A DNA stretch of 32,000 bases from Candidatus Methanoperedens sp. (GTDB lineage: Archaea > Halobacteriota > Methanosarcinia > Methanosarcinales > Methanoperedenaceae), in assembly GCA_027460535.1 (NCBI GenBank), contig JAPZAR010000009.1, forward strand, positions 47,819-79,818, given 5' to 3'. Under the pieces are notes generated by a model, which had not been told where the DNA came from, searched no databases, and saw only the letters and a program-made list of their open reading frames with translations. Each line of letters begins with the position of its first letter. The first letter of the stretch is position 1. Position numbers and translations under genes: made by a program. Shown piece by piece: positions 1-9,050 of this stretch.

Positions 1-340
1 TTGTAACGCGACTCATTTCCTTCAGTGCATCATTGTAATGCAAAACATGATGTAAGGCATCTTTCTCAATAACAACATCATATATATTATTGCGAAATGG
101 GAGATTGGATGCATCGGCTATCAAAAAATCTAAATTACAATTTTTTATCTTATTCCAATCATCAAACTTTTTAATGTCAATACAGATTAGTTTTGATTTT
201 TCTGATAATATCTGATCGAGATTTCCTTTACCACATCCAATATCTAATATCAAAAAGTTGTCTTTCAGTTCAATATTCAAATTATATACTATCTTATTAT
301 AATAACATTCTTCCGAATATTTGAACATTTTTTTCCGCAT
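1..340 (-). CDS. Class I SAM-dependent methyltransferase, N-terminal part (3' end lies beyond the left edge)
   Basis: Absent from the ORF track because there is no stop in the window. My minus-strand translation from ATG 340..338 reads MRKKMFKYSEECYYNKIVYNLNIELKDNFLILDIGCGKGNLDQILSEKSKLICIDIKKFDDWNKIKNCNLDFLIADASNLPFRNNIYDVVIEKDALHHV... LDIGCGKG is the SAM-binding motif I, and ADASNLPF is typical of Methyltransf_11/25-type enzymes. The ATG abuts the stop (343..341) of the upstream gene. Confidence 0.7.
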   Translation of the reverse strand, partial: MRKKMFKYSEECYYNKIVYNLNIELKDNFLILDIGCGKGNLDQILSEKSKLICIDIKKFDDWNKIKNCNLDFLIADASNLPFRNNIYDVVIEKDALHHVLHYNDALKEMSRVT

Positions 341-1747
341 TTATATTCTAAGCAATGCTCTTAACTTTACCATGGAATTTTTGGCGCCTTGCGACTTCAA
401 AAGGTGAAGAGTATTCAATATATTTTTTGAGCTAGTATATACTTTCAAATATGCCCTCTTTTGCAGAGCTACCAACTTTTTTTGATCTACACCCGCCAAT
501 TCCAGCGTTTTACCAGTTTGTTTGCTGTAATCGGACCAATTTTCAGATAATAATCGCAAACCTCCTTCACCCGTCCTCGCCATGTCAGCAATTCTTGTTC
601 CTGGGAAGGGGACCAGTATTGCAAAATTTGGATTGAATGCATCGAGTTGTGAGGCAAAATTAATAGTCTCCTTAATAGTCTTTTCAGTTTCATAAGGTAA
701 TCCGATGATAAAACATGCTCCTGCTTTGATACCGGCTTCTTTAGTCTTTTTAACAGTTTCCTGAATTAATCTTAGGTTCGTCTTTTTTCCAATCTTATTT
801 AATATTTCCTCGTTCCCACTTTCAACCCCATATCCTATCACTGTACAACCTGCCTCTTTCATCTTCTTCAATAAGTCAACGTCATTCATCAAGTCAACTC
901 TTCCACCTGTTTCCCATGTGATCCTCCTATGAAGTCCTCTTTTTATCAGTTCATCACATGTTTCTACTGCAATTCTCTTATTGATGCCAAAACTTCCCTC
1001 TACAAAATGTACCTTTGTTGCCCCAAAAAAATTTAAATTGCTTTCTATTTCATCAACTATTCTTTTGGCTGTTTTAAATCGGACACTTCCCCCAAAAGTT
1101 CTATAACAAAAAATACAGTCAAAAGGGCATCCCCTTGCACCTTCTACGGGTAACTCCAAGCCTTCAATATGCTCTCCTGTTGGACTAAATTTTCTATATT
1201 TTTCAAGATTAAAAAGATTCCATGCTGGATATGGTAATTCATTTATATCTTTTATTAGTTCCCTTTTTTCGGTTCTGATGATTTTATTATAGTTTTTAAA
1301 TATTATACCTTTGACACAATCGAATTTTTTATTTGATTCAATTGCTTCAACAAGTTCCAAGCATGTCTTTTCTCCTTCTCCAATAATACCAAAATCAAAA
1401 AAATTAAACTCTTTCATGGTTCTCTCGGGAATTGCGGAGATATGCGGTCCACCGATTATGCAATAAGTATTAGGAAGAACTCTTTTGATTTCACGGCACA
1501 TAATATCTGCGTCAATTATCTCCTCTGTATAAGCATTAATCCCAATCACATCGGGATCTAATCCTTTTAGTGTTTCGCAGAGTTCAACCAGCGAATAGTT
1601 TTCGATAACTGGATCAATTATTTTGACATTATAATTCTCTTGCAAAACCGCTGCGATACTTGCCAAACCCACTCTCGGAAATGTAGAACTACTTTGAATC
1701 TTATCGGATATTGTGTCTCTCAGAGGATTCATAAAAATAATATTCAT
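341..1747 (-). CDS. B12-binding domain radical SAM protein (class B rSAM, methyltransferase-like)
   Basis: ORF track gives 341..1768. I prefer the ATG at 1747 (MNIIFMNP...). The minus strand reads aaaGGAGGctaaaATG there, giving a Shine-Dalgarno 5 nt upstream, and this start removes the 20-nt overlap with the epimerase gene. An N-terminal B12-binding-like segment is followed by the canonical cluster motif GCPFDCIFC (CxxxCxxC). Confidence 0.85.
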   Translation of the reverse strand: MNIIFMNPLRDTISDKIQSSSTFPRVGLASIAAVLQENYNVKIIDPVIENYSLVELCETLKGLDPDVIGINAYTEEIIDADIMCREIKRVLPNTYCIIGGPHISAIPERTMKEFNFFDFGIIGEGEKTCLELVEAIESNKKFDCVKGIIFKNYNKIIRTEKRELIKDINELPYPAWNLFNLEKYRKFSPTGEHIEGLELPVEGARGCPFDCIFCYRTFGGSVRFKTAKRIVDEIESNLNFFGATKVHFVEGSFGINKRIAVETCDELIKRGLHRRITWETGGRVDLMNDVDLLKKMKEAGCTVIGYGVESGNEEILNKIGKKTNLRLIQETVKKTKEAGIKAGACFIIGLPYETEKTIKETINFASQLDAFNPNFAILVPFPGTRIADMARTGEGGLRLLSENWSDYSKQTGKTLELAGVDQKKLVALQKRAYLKVYTSSKNILNTLHLLKSQGAKNSMVKLRALLRI

Positions 1748-1748
1748 T

Positions 1749-2780
1749 TTAGCCTCCTTTCTTGACATCTTCTACCCATCCCAAAAGCCGCTTAATTCCC
1801 TCCCTATGCCCCACCTCTGGCGCCCATTTCAGCACTTCTCTAGCCTTCGAAATATCCGAAACGTAAACCTTCTGATCACTGGGGCGCCAGTCCGCAAAAT
1901 TTATTTTCGAGCGATGGCCGGTCAATTCCTCTAGAAGATCCAGAAGCTCCAGTAACGATATAGTATTCTCTTGTCCACCACCAATATTCAAAACTGCGCT
2001 GCTGTTTAGATTCAAGAAGGCATCATATGCTTTTACTAGATCTTCCACGTAAAGCACATCCCTCACCTGCTTTCCATCTCCATAAATCGTGATAGGTTTC
2101 CGAAATATTGTTGAAATTGCGAACCACGCAACCCAGCCTTGATCTTCGACGCCAAACTGCCTTGTGCCATAAATACAGCTCATTCTGAAGACGCCTGAAT
2201 TAAGCCCATAAAGATGCCCATAATCTTGACAGTAAATATCACCAGTTAACTTTGAGCAACCATATGGTGTATGTTCACACCGATCTATCGCAAAAGACTC
2301 TGAAATCCCATTCTTAAATTTATCCTCAAATACATACCGTTTTTCTTTTTCCATTACTTTAATCGCATTTACATTGTCGCCATATACCTTGTTCGTAGAA
2401 CAATATACAACTGCCTCAACATCAGAAGTCCTTGCAGCCTCCATTACATTAAATGTGCCTAGAGCATTTACCTCAAAATCCGTTTTCGGATCAACTACCG
2501 ATGTAGTAACTGCAGTCTGCGCAGCAGTATGTATGATCGCATCCGCACTCTTTGCAGCTTCTTTTAGTTCTTCTAAGTCTCTAATGTCTCCTTTGATTAA
2601 TTTCACATTTTTAATATTCTTTAAGTAATTCCAGTTATATGCGGTATCGATAGAATCCTTTCTAAGAAGTTCTCCCCTAGAAAGGTTATCATAGCACACA
2701 ACCTCATTTCCTTTTCTTGCAAAATATTCTGCAGCATGGCTGCCAACAAAACCTGCTCCACCTGTTATTAGTATTTTCAT
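1749..2780 (-). CDS. NAD-dependent nucleotide-sugar epimerase/dehydratase (extended SDR, CDP-paratose 2-epimerase/GalE-like)
   Basis: N-terminal TGGAGFVGSH matches the GxxGxxG NAD-binding motif. The catalytic YxxxK appears as YGCSK. Length is 343 aa and the gene sits in a glycosyltransferase operon. Confidence 0.9.
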   Translation of the reverse strand: MKILITGGAGFVGSHAAEYFARKGNEVVCYDNLSRGELLRKDSIDTAYNWNYLKNIKNVKLIKGDIRDLEELKEAAKSADAIIHTAAQTAVTTSVVDPKTDFEVNALGTFNVMEAARTSDVEAVVYCSTNKVYGDNVNAIKVMEKEKRYVFEDKFKNGISESFAIDRCEHTPYGCSKLTGDIYCQDYGHLYGLNSGVFRMSCIYGTRQFGVEDQGWVAWFAISTIFRKPITIYGDGKQVRDVLYVEDLVKAYDAFLNLNSSAVLNIGGGQENTISLLELLDLLEELTGHRSKINFADWRPSDQKVYVSDISKAREVLKWAPEVGHREGIKRLLGWVEDVKKGG

Positions 2781-2834
2781 CGTATCACATTTATTTAATT
2801 TTTATTCATATATTATTAATTAATTGCCCACAAT

Positions 2835-3980
2835 TTAAACGTCATTTAAATTTCGCATGAAAATTTCGTTATAATCAAATTGTTTTATGTATTTGGTTGC
2901 ATTTATAGAATATTCTTTTAGAATGTCTTCATTTTCTATCAATTCTATTATTGCGCTTTTTATACTTTCCACATTATTTCTAATTATTTTCCCACAATGG
3001 CATCGCTCAATTTCATGGGCATTATAAGGTATGTCAGTTAATAGAACAGGCAATCCCATCGCAAAATATGTCTTTAACTTCGTGGGATCGGCATAGTATG
3101 TAAAGGAGGCTTTTCCATTATCATACATAGCAACAGCGATATGTGATTTTCCTAATATTTTATTTAATTCTTTGGAATCGTATATCGGTCCCCTGAATTC
3201 AACATATTTATCAATCTCCAAATGATATGCCAATTTTTTTAATTCCGTCTCATATTCGCCATTTCCAATTATAATAAAATTAAAGTCTCTAATTTTGTTG
3301 GTTATTTCAGGTATAGCCTTTAAAACTAGTTGAACTCCTTGTTTTTCCAGTAAATGCCCGACAAAAATCAATGTTTTTCTTCCATACTTTTTATTTATTT
3401 GTGGCAGATCTTCTAGCCAAACTCCTATCGGAACAACTTTCTGTTTATTATATTTTTCAGTTGGCATATTGTTGTATTTTCCCCTACCTTCAGCCATTCT
3501 TGGGGATAGATTCCATGTCTGATCACAATATCTTACACATATTTTGTCTATAGAATGATATATTTTATTCAAAAATTTATTATTAAATCTGATAGGTGCA
3601 TAGTCTATGGTGTAAAAAACAACTTTTTCACATTTACCAGCCCATTTAAGTGACAACGCACTCAAAGCATTAAAGCCTCCACATCCTACAATTAGATCGA
3701 ATTTGTTTTTATTGAAAAAAATTCCAAAAAAAGAATAGAAGAAATCTTTAATGTATATGATAGTGTCTGGAAATAATTTGTAATCTAAGCATTCGATAAT
3801 ATTCTCTTTGTTCTTATTAAATTCAGTGAAAGTTGTCTTTCTATCCGGCAAAGAAGAAAAACTATGTTGTACCAGTAACACGTACCGAGTATTGTTTTTC
3901 TTCAAAAATCTGTAAAGATCTTGACCAGCGCCGGTGAAGAGATGATGGGTTATAATAGCATACTTTTTATCAAATAACAT
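2835..3980 (-). CDS. GT-B fold glycosyltransferase (GT4 / Glycos_transf_1-like)
   Basis: 381 aa. The C-terminal half has the Glycos_transf_1 pattern (LIFVGHLLEKQGVQLVLKA...IIIGNGEYETELKKLA...VEFRGPI...FAMGLPVLLTD). The gene is very AT-rich compared with its neighbours. Confidence 0.7.
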   Translation of the reverse strand: MLFDKKYAIITHHLFTGAGQDLYRFLKKNNTRYVLLVQHSFSSLPDRKTTFTEFNKNKENIIECLDYKLFPDTIIYIKDFFYSFFGIFFNKNKFDLIVGCGGFNALSALSLKWAGKCEKVVFYTIDYAPIRFNNKFLNKIYHSIDKICVRYCDQTWNLSPRMAEGRGKYNNMPTEKYNKQKVVPIGVWLEDLPQINKKYGRKTLIFVGHLLEKQGVQLVLKAIPEITNKIRDFNFIIIGNGEYETELKKLAYHLEIDKYVEFRGPIYDSKELNKILGKSHIAVAMYDNGKASFTYYADPTKLKTYFAMGLPVLLTDIPYNAHEIERCHCGKIIRNNVESIKSAIIELIENEDILKEYSINATKYIKQFDYNEIFMRNLNDV

Positions 3981-3983
3981 TCT

Positions 3984-4997
3984 TTACCTCTGTACCCATC
4001 CACTCCTATTCTCTTCTTCTACATGTATAGTATTCTTTATCAGGCCCCATGCGTACACGCCCATGGTTATCCAGCACGCCAGAATATGAAACCACCACGC
4101 TCTGTCCTGCTTCTGCCAGTAACCTCTCGAAACTTGAGAAACCAGCGGAAGAATAGTTATCGTATAAATAATGAATTTCAACAGTTTCAGTTTGCCAAGA
4201 CTTCCCCATGGATACTTCCTAAGCTTCAGCTTTTTATAATATGCGTAGTCCTTAATCCTTCGCCTTTGCTTCTTAATGAAAGTAAAAACATCCCCTGAAA
4301 AAAGATGCACAATCCCCACCTTGACTTTCGCAAACTTATTCTTTTTCTGCGTGATCAGTTCATAAACAATATCGATATCAAACAGGTAATCACCCCTGGA
4401 ACAATCCATTAGCGCCTCCCGCCTCACAAGGAACCCGTTCGCGCCTATGGTTGGCAGCTTCTTATCATCAAGTTCGATCTTAATATAATTCCCCTTATCT
4501 TCCTGGATCACTGGCATCTCAGTCCATTTATTGGTTACCATGCACATCCTGTCATAATTTCCCAGGAATAAGCACAGCGGGTCGTTCATCCCGAGCATGG
4601 CGCAGTATCGCGTAATATACCCATCCTCCTTTCGATACGTGTAATAAAGCGGCTCAGTCCCTGCGATCTCCCTGTCCTGGAACGGTTCAGTCATACGGGA
4701 AAGCCAGTCCCTTGAAGGAAGGATATTGTCCGAATCTATGAGAGCGATGATCTCATTTTTGGTATGTTTCACACCCGCGGCTTTGCCAGCTTCACCTGTT
4801 TTAAGAGGATTTGTATAGATCTTATCAGTGTATTTTTGAGCTATTTCAAGTGTGCTGTCAGTAGAGCCGCCGTCTGCAATGATGATCTCAGTTTCACCTG
4901 CATATACTTGAATCATAATGCTGTCAAGGCATAGAGAAATGGTCCTTGCTGAGTTATATGTCGGAATAACGATGCTTATAGAGGGTGATTTTTGCAT
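3984..4997 (-). CDS. GT2 (GT-A) glycosyltransferase with C-terminal membrane helices
   Basis: ISIVIPTYNSARTI...IIIADGGSTDST plus the DxD motif (IDSDN). C-terminal hydrophobic segments are LLKFIIYTITILPLV and WWFHILACWITMGVYAWGLI. The ORF track start at 5111 is a TTG. I prefer ATG 4997 (MQKSPSISIVIPTYN), though ATGs at 5099 and 5078 remain possible. Confidence 0.8.
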   Translation of the reverse strand: MQKSPSISIVIPTYNSARTISLCLDSIMIQVYAGETEIIIADGGSTDSTLEIAQKYTDKIYTNPLKTGEAGKAAGVKHTKNEIIALIDSDNILPSRDWLSRMTEPFQDREIAGTEPLYYTYRKEDGYITRYCAMLGMNDPLCLFLGNYDRMCMVTNKWTEMPVIQEDKGNYIKIELDDKKLPTIGANGFLVRREALMDCSRGDYLFDIDIVYELITQKKNKFAKVKVGIVHLFSGDVFTFIKKQRRRIKDYAYYKKLKLRKYPWGSLGKLKLLKFIIYTITILPLVSQVSRGYWQKQDRAWWFHILACWITMGVYAWGLIKNTIHVEEENRSGWVQR

Positions 4998-5170
4998 ATC
5001 TTTATTTTTCTCTTTTATTACATTCTTAATAGATAATAATGGTGCATGGGTTTCTAGCTGAAGAATAACGGTCCGCATAAAACACAATTTCTGTTCCATA
5101 TTGTGTAGCAAATATTATAAGCTCCGCTACCTCTGCACGGCCTTTTATCATAGCACTAGCTCAATACAAC

Positions 5171-5530
5171 CTAGCTGAGTAACGGTTTGATCGTGTTTTC
5201 CTGAAGATTGCAATATCTCTTAAGCGACGCCAGGAACATTTTTTCCTGTGCAAATCCTGTTGACCAGTAGGGGTCCTCAAAACCCTCTTTGCTGCTTAAT
5301 TCATTGATTATGAGCCTTACCTGGGCATCCGAGATGCGAAAACTCCTGCGAATTTTTGAGAGTATGTTTATATAATGCCCGATTTTCATCGGCATGTCGT
5401 CTGATATGTTTTTGACTGCTCCGCAATGTATGCAGTATGGATGCGATTTAAGGCCGTATACCTCCTCCCTTGAAATGTGAGGCAGCCAGACTTTCTCTTT
5501 GCTTCCACAGCTTTTATGTTCGCATTTCAT
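5171..5530 (-). CDS. Hypothetical small zinc-ribbon protein
   Basis: 119 aa. Four Cys are arranged CEHKSC...CIHC (C3, C8, C33, C36). A GAGGA Shine-Dalgarno sits about 8 nt upstream (aaaGAGGAttcaaaaATG). I recognise no family. Confidence 0.5.
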   Translation of the reverse strand: MKCEHKSCGSKEKVWLPHISREEVYGLKSHPYCIHCGAVKNISDDMPMKIGHYINILSKIRRSFRISDAQVRLIINELSSKEGFEDPYWSTGFAQEKMFLASLKRYCNLQENTIKPLLS

Positions 5531-5557
5531 TTTTGAATCCTCTTTTATGGTACCAGA

Positions 5558-7024
5558 TTAAGAATCACACTTTTCCTTATTCGAGAAATCAGTCAGATGT
5601 CCTGTGACTGCACTCACGCCCCTTTTTATAAATTTCAGGTCATCTATATTCCTGATGGACAGCAATCTTCGCAGGATGTAACCAGGTGTGATAAATACCT
5701 TGTATAGTTCCTGTGTTAACTCTTTAATCTCCTGTTCGGTTATCGGACACTTCATAACTGCCTCACGCATATCGAATCTATCCCAGTCTTCGGTTACAAG
5801 CCAGCCATTTTCCTTGCATTCCCTGTAAAGAGGAGTTCCTGGATAGGGGATAACGATGGTTGCCTGAAGCGTATCGGCCCATCCTTTTTTGAAAATCTCC
5901 TGGGCAAGTTTAACAGTCTGCAGAGCATCTGTTTTCGTCTCCCATGGATACCCGAGCATCACTGTTAAATGCGGGTCAAGCCCTGCCTTTTTAGCCATCA
6001 TGCATGCATTTGGAATATCTTCCACTTTTGTACCTTTATTAATTCTGTCAAGCGTACCCTGGTTCGCAGACTCAACACCGTAGAGTATGAACCTGAATCC
6101 AGCATTTGCCATCAGGTCATATTCTTCCTGCATGAGGGCATTCACGCGCATGTTACAGTGGATATTTATTTTTTTATTATATCCTCTCTCTATCATGCCA
6201 GTGCAGAAATCATGAAGCCAATTACCCACTGGAAAAGTACCTGTATCATCCATTATCTCCTTCACTTTATATTTCTCAATAAGCATACCTATTTCATCAA
6301 GCAGTTTTTCCGGAGTTCTTGCCCTGAAGGATGGATAAGTAGTAGTCCATGAGCAGAAAGTGCATTTTGCATGCCAGCAGTCTCTTCCGACCATGGTATA
6401 GGTGCCTGGTGTCCTTTTATAATTGCCATTTTTTTCGCTGTAGAGCTTCCATTTTGTCAGATCACGGTCAATGAAGGGCAGTTCATTCAGATCATGGTCA
6501 AGCTTGAATAATCCTGAATTCTTTATGGTTCCATCTTTCCTGTACCATATCCCTGGTTCTAACTTCACACCTTTTGCTAGATGATCTGCAAGATTTAGCA
6601 GGAGGAAATCATAATCCCCCCCTGTGAGTATGAAATCGGCCTCACAGTTCTCCATAGATTCTTGCGGGAGCGCAGTCGCATGATCTCCTGCGAGAACAAT
6701 CCTTGTATCAGGACTCTTGCGCTTTATATCATCGATAATATTCCAATGTCTTTTGACCACTGGAGTTTTTGTCTCTATGGCGATTACATCCGGTTCTTGC
6801 ATTAGAATATCATTGCGCCACTTCTCATAAGTCTTATTTTCCGCGATCCCGTCGTCCCAGATGACCTGATAGCCGCTTCCTTTCAATAGAGTAGCAGCAT
6901 AAGCAGGAACCATGGGGTAGATATAAGTAGGATTATTAAACCATTGGAACTGCCTGTTTTGGGCCAGCAATGGGGTACCCTTTGGGCTTTCAATCGGAGG
7001 ATATGATATTGAAATTTTCATCAT
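5558..7024 (-). CDS. B12-binding domain radical SAM protein (second copy, variant Cys motif)
   Basis: 488 aa. An N-terminal B12-binding-like domain (DVIAIETKTPVV...IVLAGDHATA) precedes a radical SAM core. The only Cys triad is DCWHAKCTFC at 6353..6379, which is CX4CX2C rather than CX3CX2C. The ATG overlaps the upstream stop by 1 nt (TAATG). Confidence 0.85.
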   Translation of the reverse strand: MMKISISYPPIESPKGTPLLAQNRQFQWFNNPTYIYPMVPAYAATLLKGSGYQVIWDDGIAENKTYEKWRNDILMQEPDVIAIETKTPVVKRHWNIIDDIKRKSPDTRIVLAGDHATALPQESMENCEADFILTGGDYDFLLLNLADHLAKGVKLEPGIWYRKDGTIKNSGLFKLDHDLNELPFIDRDLTKWKLYSEKNGNYKRTPGTYTMVGRDCWHAKCTFCSWTTTYPSFRARTPEKLLDEIGMLIEKYKVKEIMDDTGTFPVGNWLHDFCTGMIERGYNKKINIHCNMRVNALMQEEYDLMANAGFRFILYGVESANQGTLDRINKGTKVEDIPNACMMAKKAGLDPHLTVMLGYPWETKTDALQTVKLAQEIFKKGWADTLQATIVIPYPGTPLYRECKENGWLVTEDWDRFDMREAVMKCPITEQEIKELTQELYKVFITPGYILRRLLSIRNIDDLKFIKRGVSAVTGHLTDFSNKEKCDS

Positions 7025-7983
7025 TATCTCTCCAGTTCCCCAACTGTCAGGCCGCGAATAAAATATACACCATATGCAATGTGTGTTGCAATTGTTCCTG
7101 TAAATACCAGAGGTAAATATCGCAGATCTTTTCCATAAGCAGTTGCCATTAAAGAAACTGCAAACGTTGCAAACAGGTATAAAAACAGTATAGAAATATA
7201 GGCAAGAAAAATGGAATTATTCATTAACGGGAAAGCAATGCCAAATATTAAGAAAAGGACAAACATTGAAGGGATGAAATAGTTCACACGGAGGGACGTT
7301 TCAGGGAATTTTTTCGCAAAAAAGCCTCGATGGAGGCCGAACCTGGATACCTGCGCCAGATGCTTCGCAAATAATGGTCTTCGATGATGGAAGACGATTA
7401 CCTCAGGGGATTCGATCATCTTTTTCCCGAGCTTCTTTATTCCAAGACATATCAACGTATCCTCCCCAGGCCAGTATTTCTCATCCCATCCGGCAATCTC
7501 TTCGAGAACTGATCTCCTGGCAATGAAATTACATGAATGAATATCGTCGGATTCGCGGGATTTCCCGGTATTGTACCTGTCAGCAAGGCCACCTACCATG
7601 AAAGAAGAAAGAACATATCCCCCTGCCTTCTGTAGAATAGTATCCCTCGGTGGCGTCACTCCCGGGCCTCCCACCGCTGCGATATCGGGGCAAGCGAAAT
7701 ATTTAACTGCATTAATGAGCCAGTCCTTTCTCGGATACGCATCGGAATCGATAAAAGCCAGAAATTCGCCAGTTGAGTTTTTGAGTCCGATATTTCTCTT
7801 TCGGCCAGGGGAAACTCCACCCGTTGAAATTATTTTTACATCGTCAATTGAATTCGAACCGTTGTCTGGTAAGACGATTATTTCAAAGTTTTCATAATCG
7901 AGCTCCATACATTCGTGGATACACTCTAAGGTGAGGGCATCTACATCGTTACAAGGGATTATTATGGAAATTTCAATATTCAT
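7024..7983 (-). CDS. GT2 (GT-A) glycosyltransferase with C-terminal transmembrane region
   Basis: ISIIIPCND...FEIIVLPDNGS, a DxD motif (IDSDA), and four or so C-terminal hydrophobic helices (FIPSMFVLFLIFGIAFPL..., ILFLYLFATFAVSLMA...). Confidence 0.8.
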   Translation of the reverse strand: MNIEISIIIPCNDVDALTLECIHECMELDYENFEIIVLPDNGSNSIDDVKIISTGGVSPGRKRNIGLKNSTGEFLAFIDSDAYPRKDWLINAVKYFACPDIAAVGGPGVTPPRDTILQKAGGYVLSSFMVGGLADRYNTGKSRESDDIHSCNFIARRSVLEEIAGWDEKYWPGEDTLICLGIKKLGKKMIESPEVIVFHHRRPLFAKHLAQVSRFGLHRGFFAKKFPETSLRVNYFIPSMFVLFLIFGIAFPLMNNSIFLAYISILFLYLFATFAVSLMATAYGKDLRYLPLVFTGTIATHIAYGVYFIRGLTVGELER

Positions 7984-8109
7984 TCAATTCTCCATTCTGA
8001 CGAAGCACTCCAAATTTACCCACTGTTCAGCATTCTCATGGGTGAATATCTCTGCTCCGCCCGCTGCAGGATTCTTGATGTCACGCCAGTTGTAAAAAAG
8101 TATTCTCAT
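7984..8109 (-). pseudogene. Remnant of a GT4 glycosyltransferase N-terminus (41 codons)
   Basis: My translation is MRILFYNWRDIKNPAAGGAEIFTHENAEQWVNLECFVRMEN*. The first ~30 aa match the characteristic N-terminus of many GT4 enzymes as I recall it (MxILxxNWRDxxNPxAGGAExxxxE). The frame then diverges and stops. The ORF exactly fills the gap between two GT2 genes. Confidence 0.45.
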
Positions 8110-8111
8110 AT

Positions 8112-9050
8112 TCATTTCTCGAATTTTCTTGCAAGGGATTCGTAAGGTAAGGTTAAAATAACTATTACAAAACTCAAAGCGAATAGGGCAATCAAACTTC
8201 TTGATTCAATTCCTGGTAATAAGAAGGGATCAATAAACTGTTTGTAAAGGTATATCCCGGATATTGAAACCATGAGCATGATAGTTGAGTCTCGAATAAT
8301 CCTTGAATAGTACTGCAAGAAACCGAATCGGCCTGCTACTGCAACTGTATCGAGAAAGATGTTGGTGATAACCTTAATATTTATCCTTCCCCACCCCTTT
8401 CTTGTGAATTTCAAAATTATGGGCGCTTCCACGATCTTATAACCGAAACGCCTGGCATACGCCAATAACTCCACATCAAAGGCGTACCTCTTCACGCGCA
8501 TCAGCGGAAAGACCTTTTGCAGGACTTCCCTCCTCATTAATTTGAAGCCAGCCTGAGTATCCCGGATTTCCAATTGCAGAAGCAATCGGAGTATGATATT
8601 GTACATCTTACTTAAGAATTTTCTAATAAGTGGATAGTATTCTATGGTGGAGAGGGGATGTCTCTTACTTCCCACAACGATATCTGCATGGTATTTTTTC
8701 ATGTACTCTAATAGAATGCTTATCTGCTTTGGATCAAGTTCCATGTCTGCATCAAGAAAAGTGACGAGGTCTCTTGTTGCAAATTTCAATCCGTATCTTA
8801 TGGCATTTCCTTTGCCCATGTTGTGCTTAACTTGCACGACATTGACATTGTCAAATCTTTTTGAAGTGGCTTCCTCATAAGTATTGTCAGTGGATCCATC
8901 ATCTACAACTATTATTTCATGATCCACTCCGAGCTCTGTGAAGAGATCTTTCACATGCATTATTGTTTTAAGAATGTGTCCTTCTTCGTTGTAAGCCGGA
9001 ATAATTACCGACAGCTTATCATTTTTCATATTTGACTTTCCACTTTTCAT
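8112..9050 (-). CDS. GT2 glycosyltransferase, dolichyl/polyprenyl-phosphate hexose synthase-like (AglD/AglJ/DPM1-type)
   Basis: LSVIIPAYNEEGHI...IIVVDDGSTDNT, a DxD motif (LDADME), and a C-terminal membrane anchor (IMLMVSISGIYLY, LIALFALSFVIVILTL). The start could instead be ATG 9029 (MKNDKLSVII). Confidence 0.85.
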   Translation of the reverse strand: MKSGKSNMKNDKLSVIIPAYNEEGHILKTIMHVKDLFTELGVDHEIIVVDDGSTDNTYEEATSKRFDNVNVVQVKHNMGKGNAIRYGLKFATRDLVTFLDADMELDPKQISILLEYMKKYHADIVVGSKRHPLSTIEYYPLIRKFLSKMYNIILRLLLQLEIRDTQAGFKLMRREVLQKVFPLMRVKRYAFDVELLAYARRFGYKIVEAPIILKFTRKGWGRINIKVITNIFLDTVAVAGRFGFLQYYSRIIRDSTIMLMVSISGIYLYKQFIDPFLLPGIESRSLIALFALSFVIVILTLPYESLARKFEK

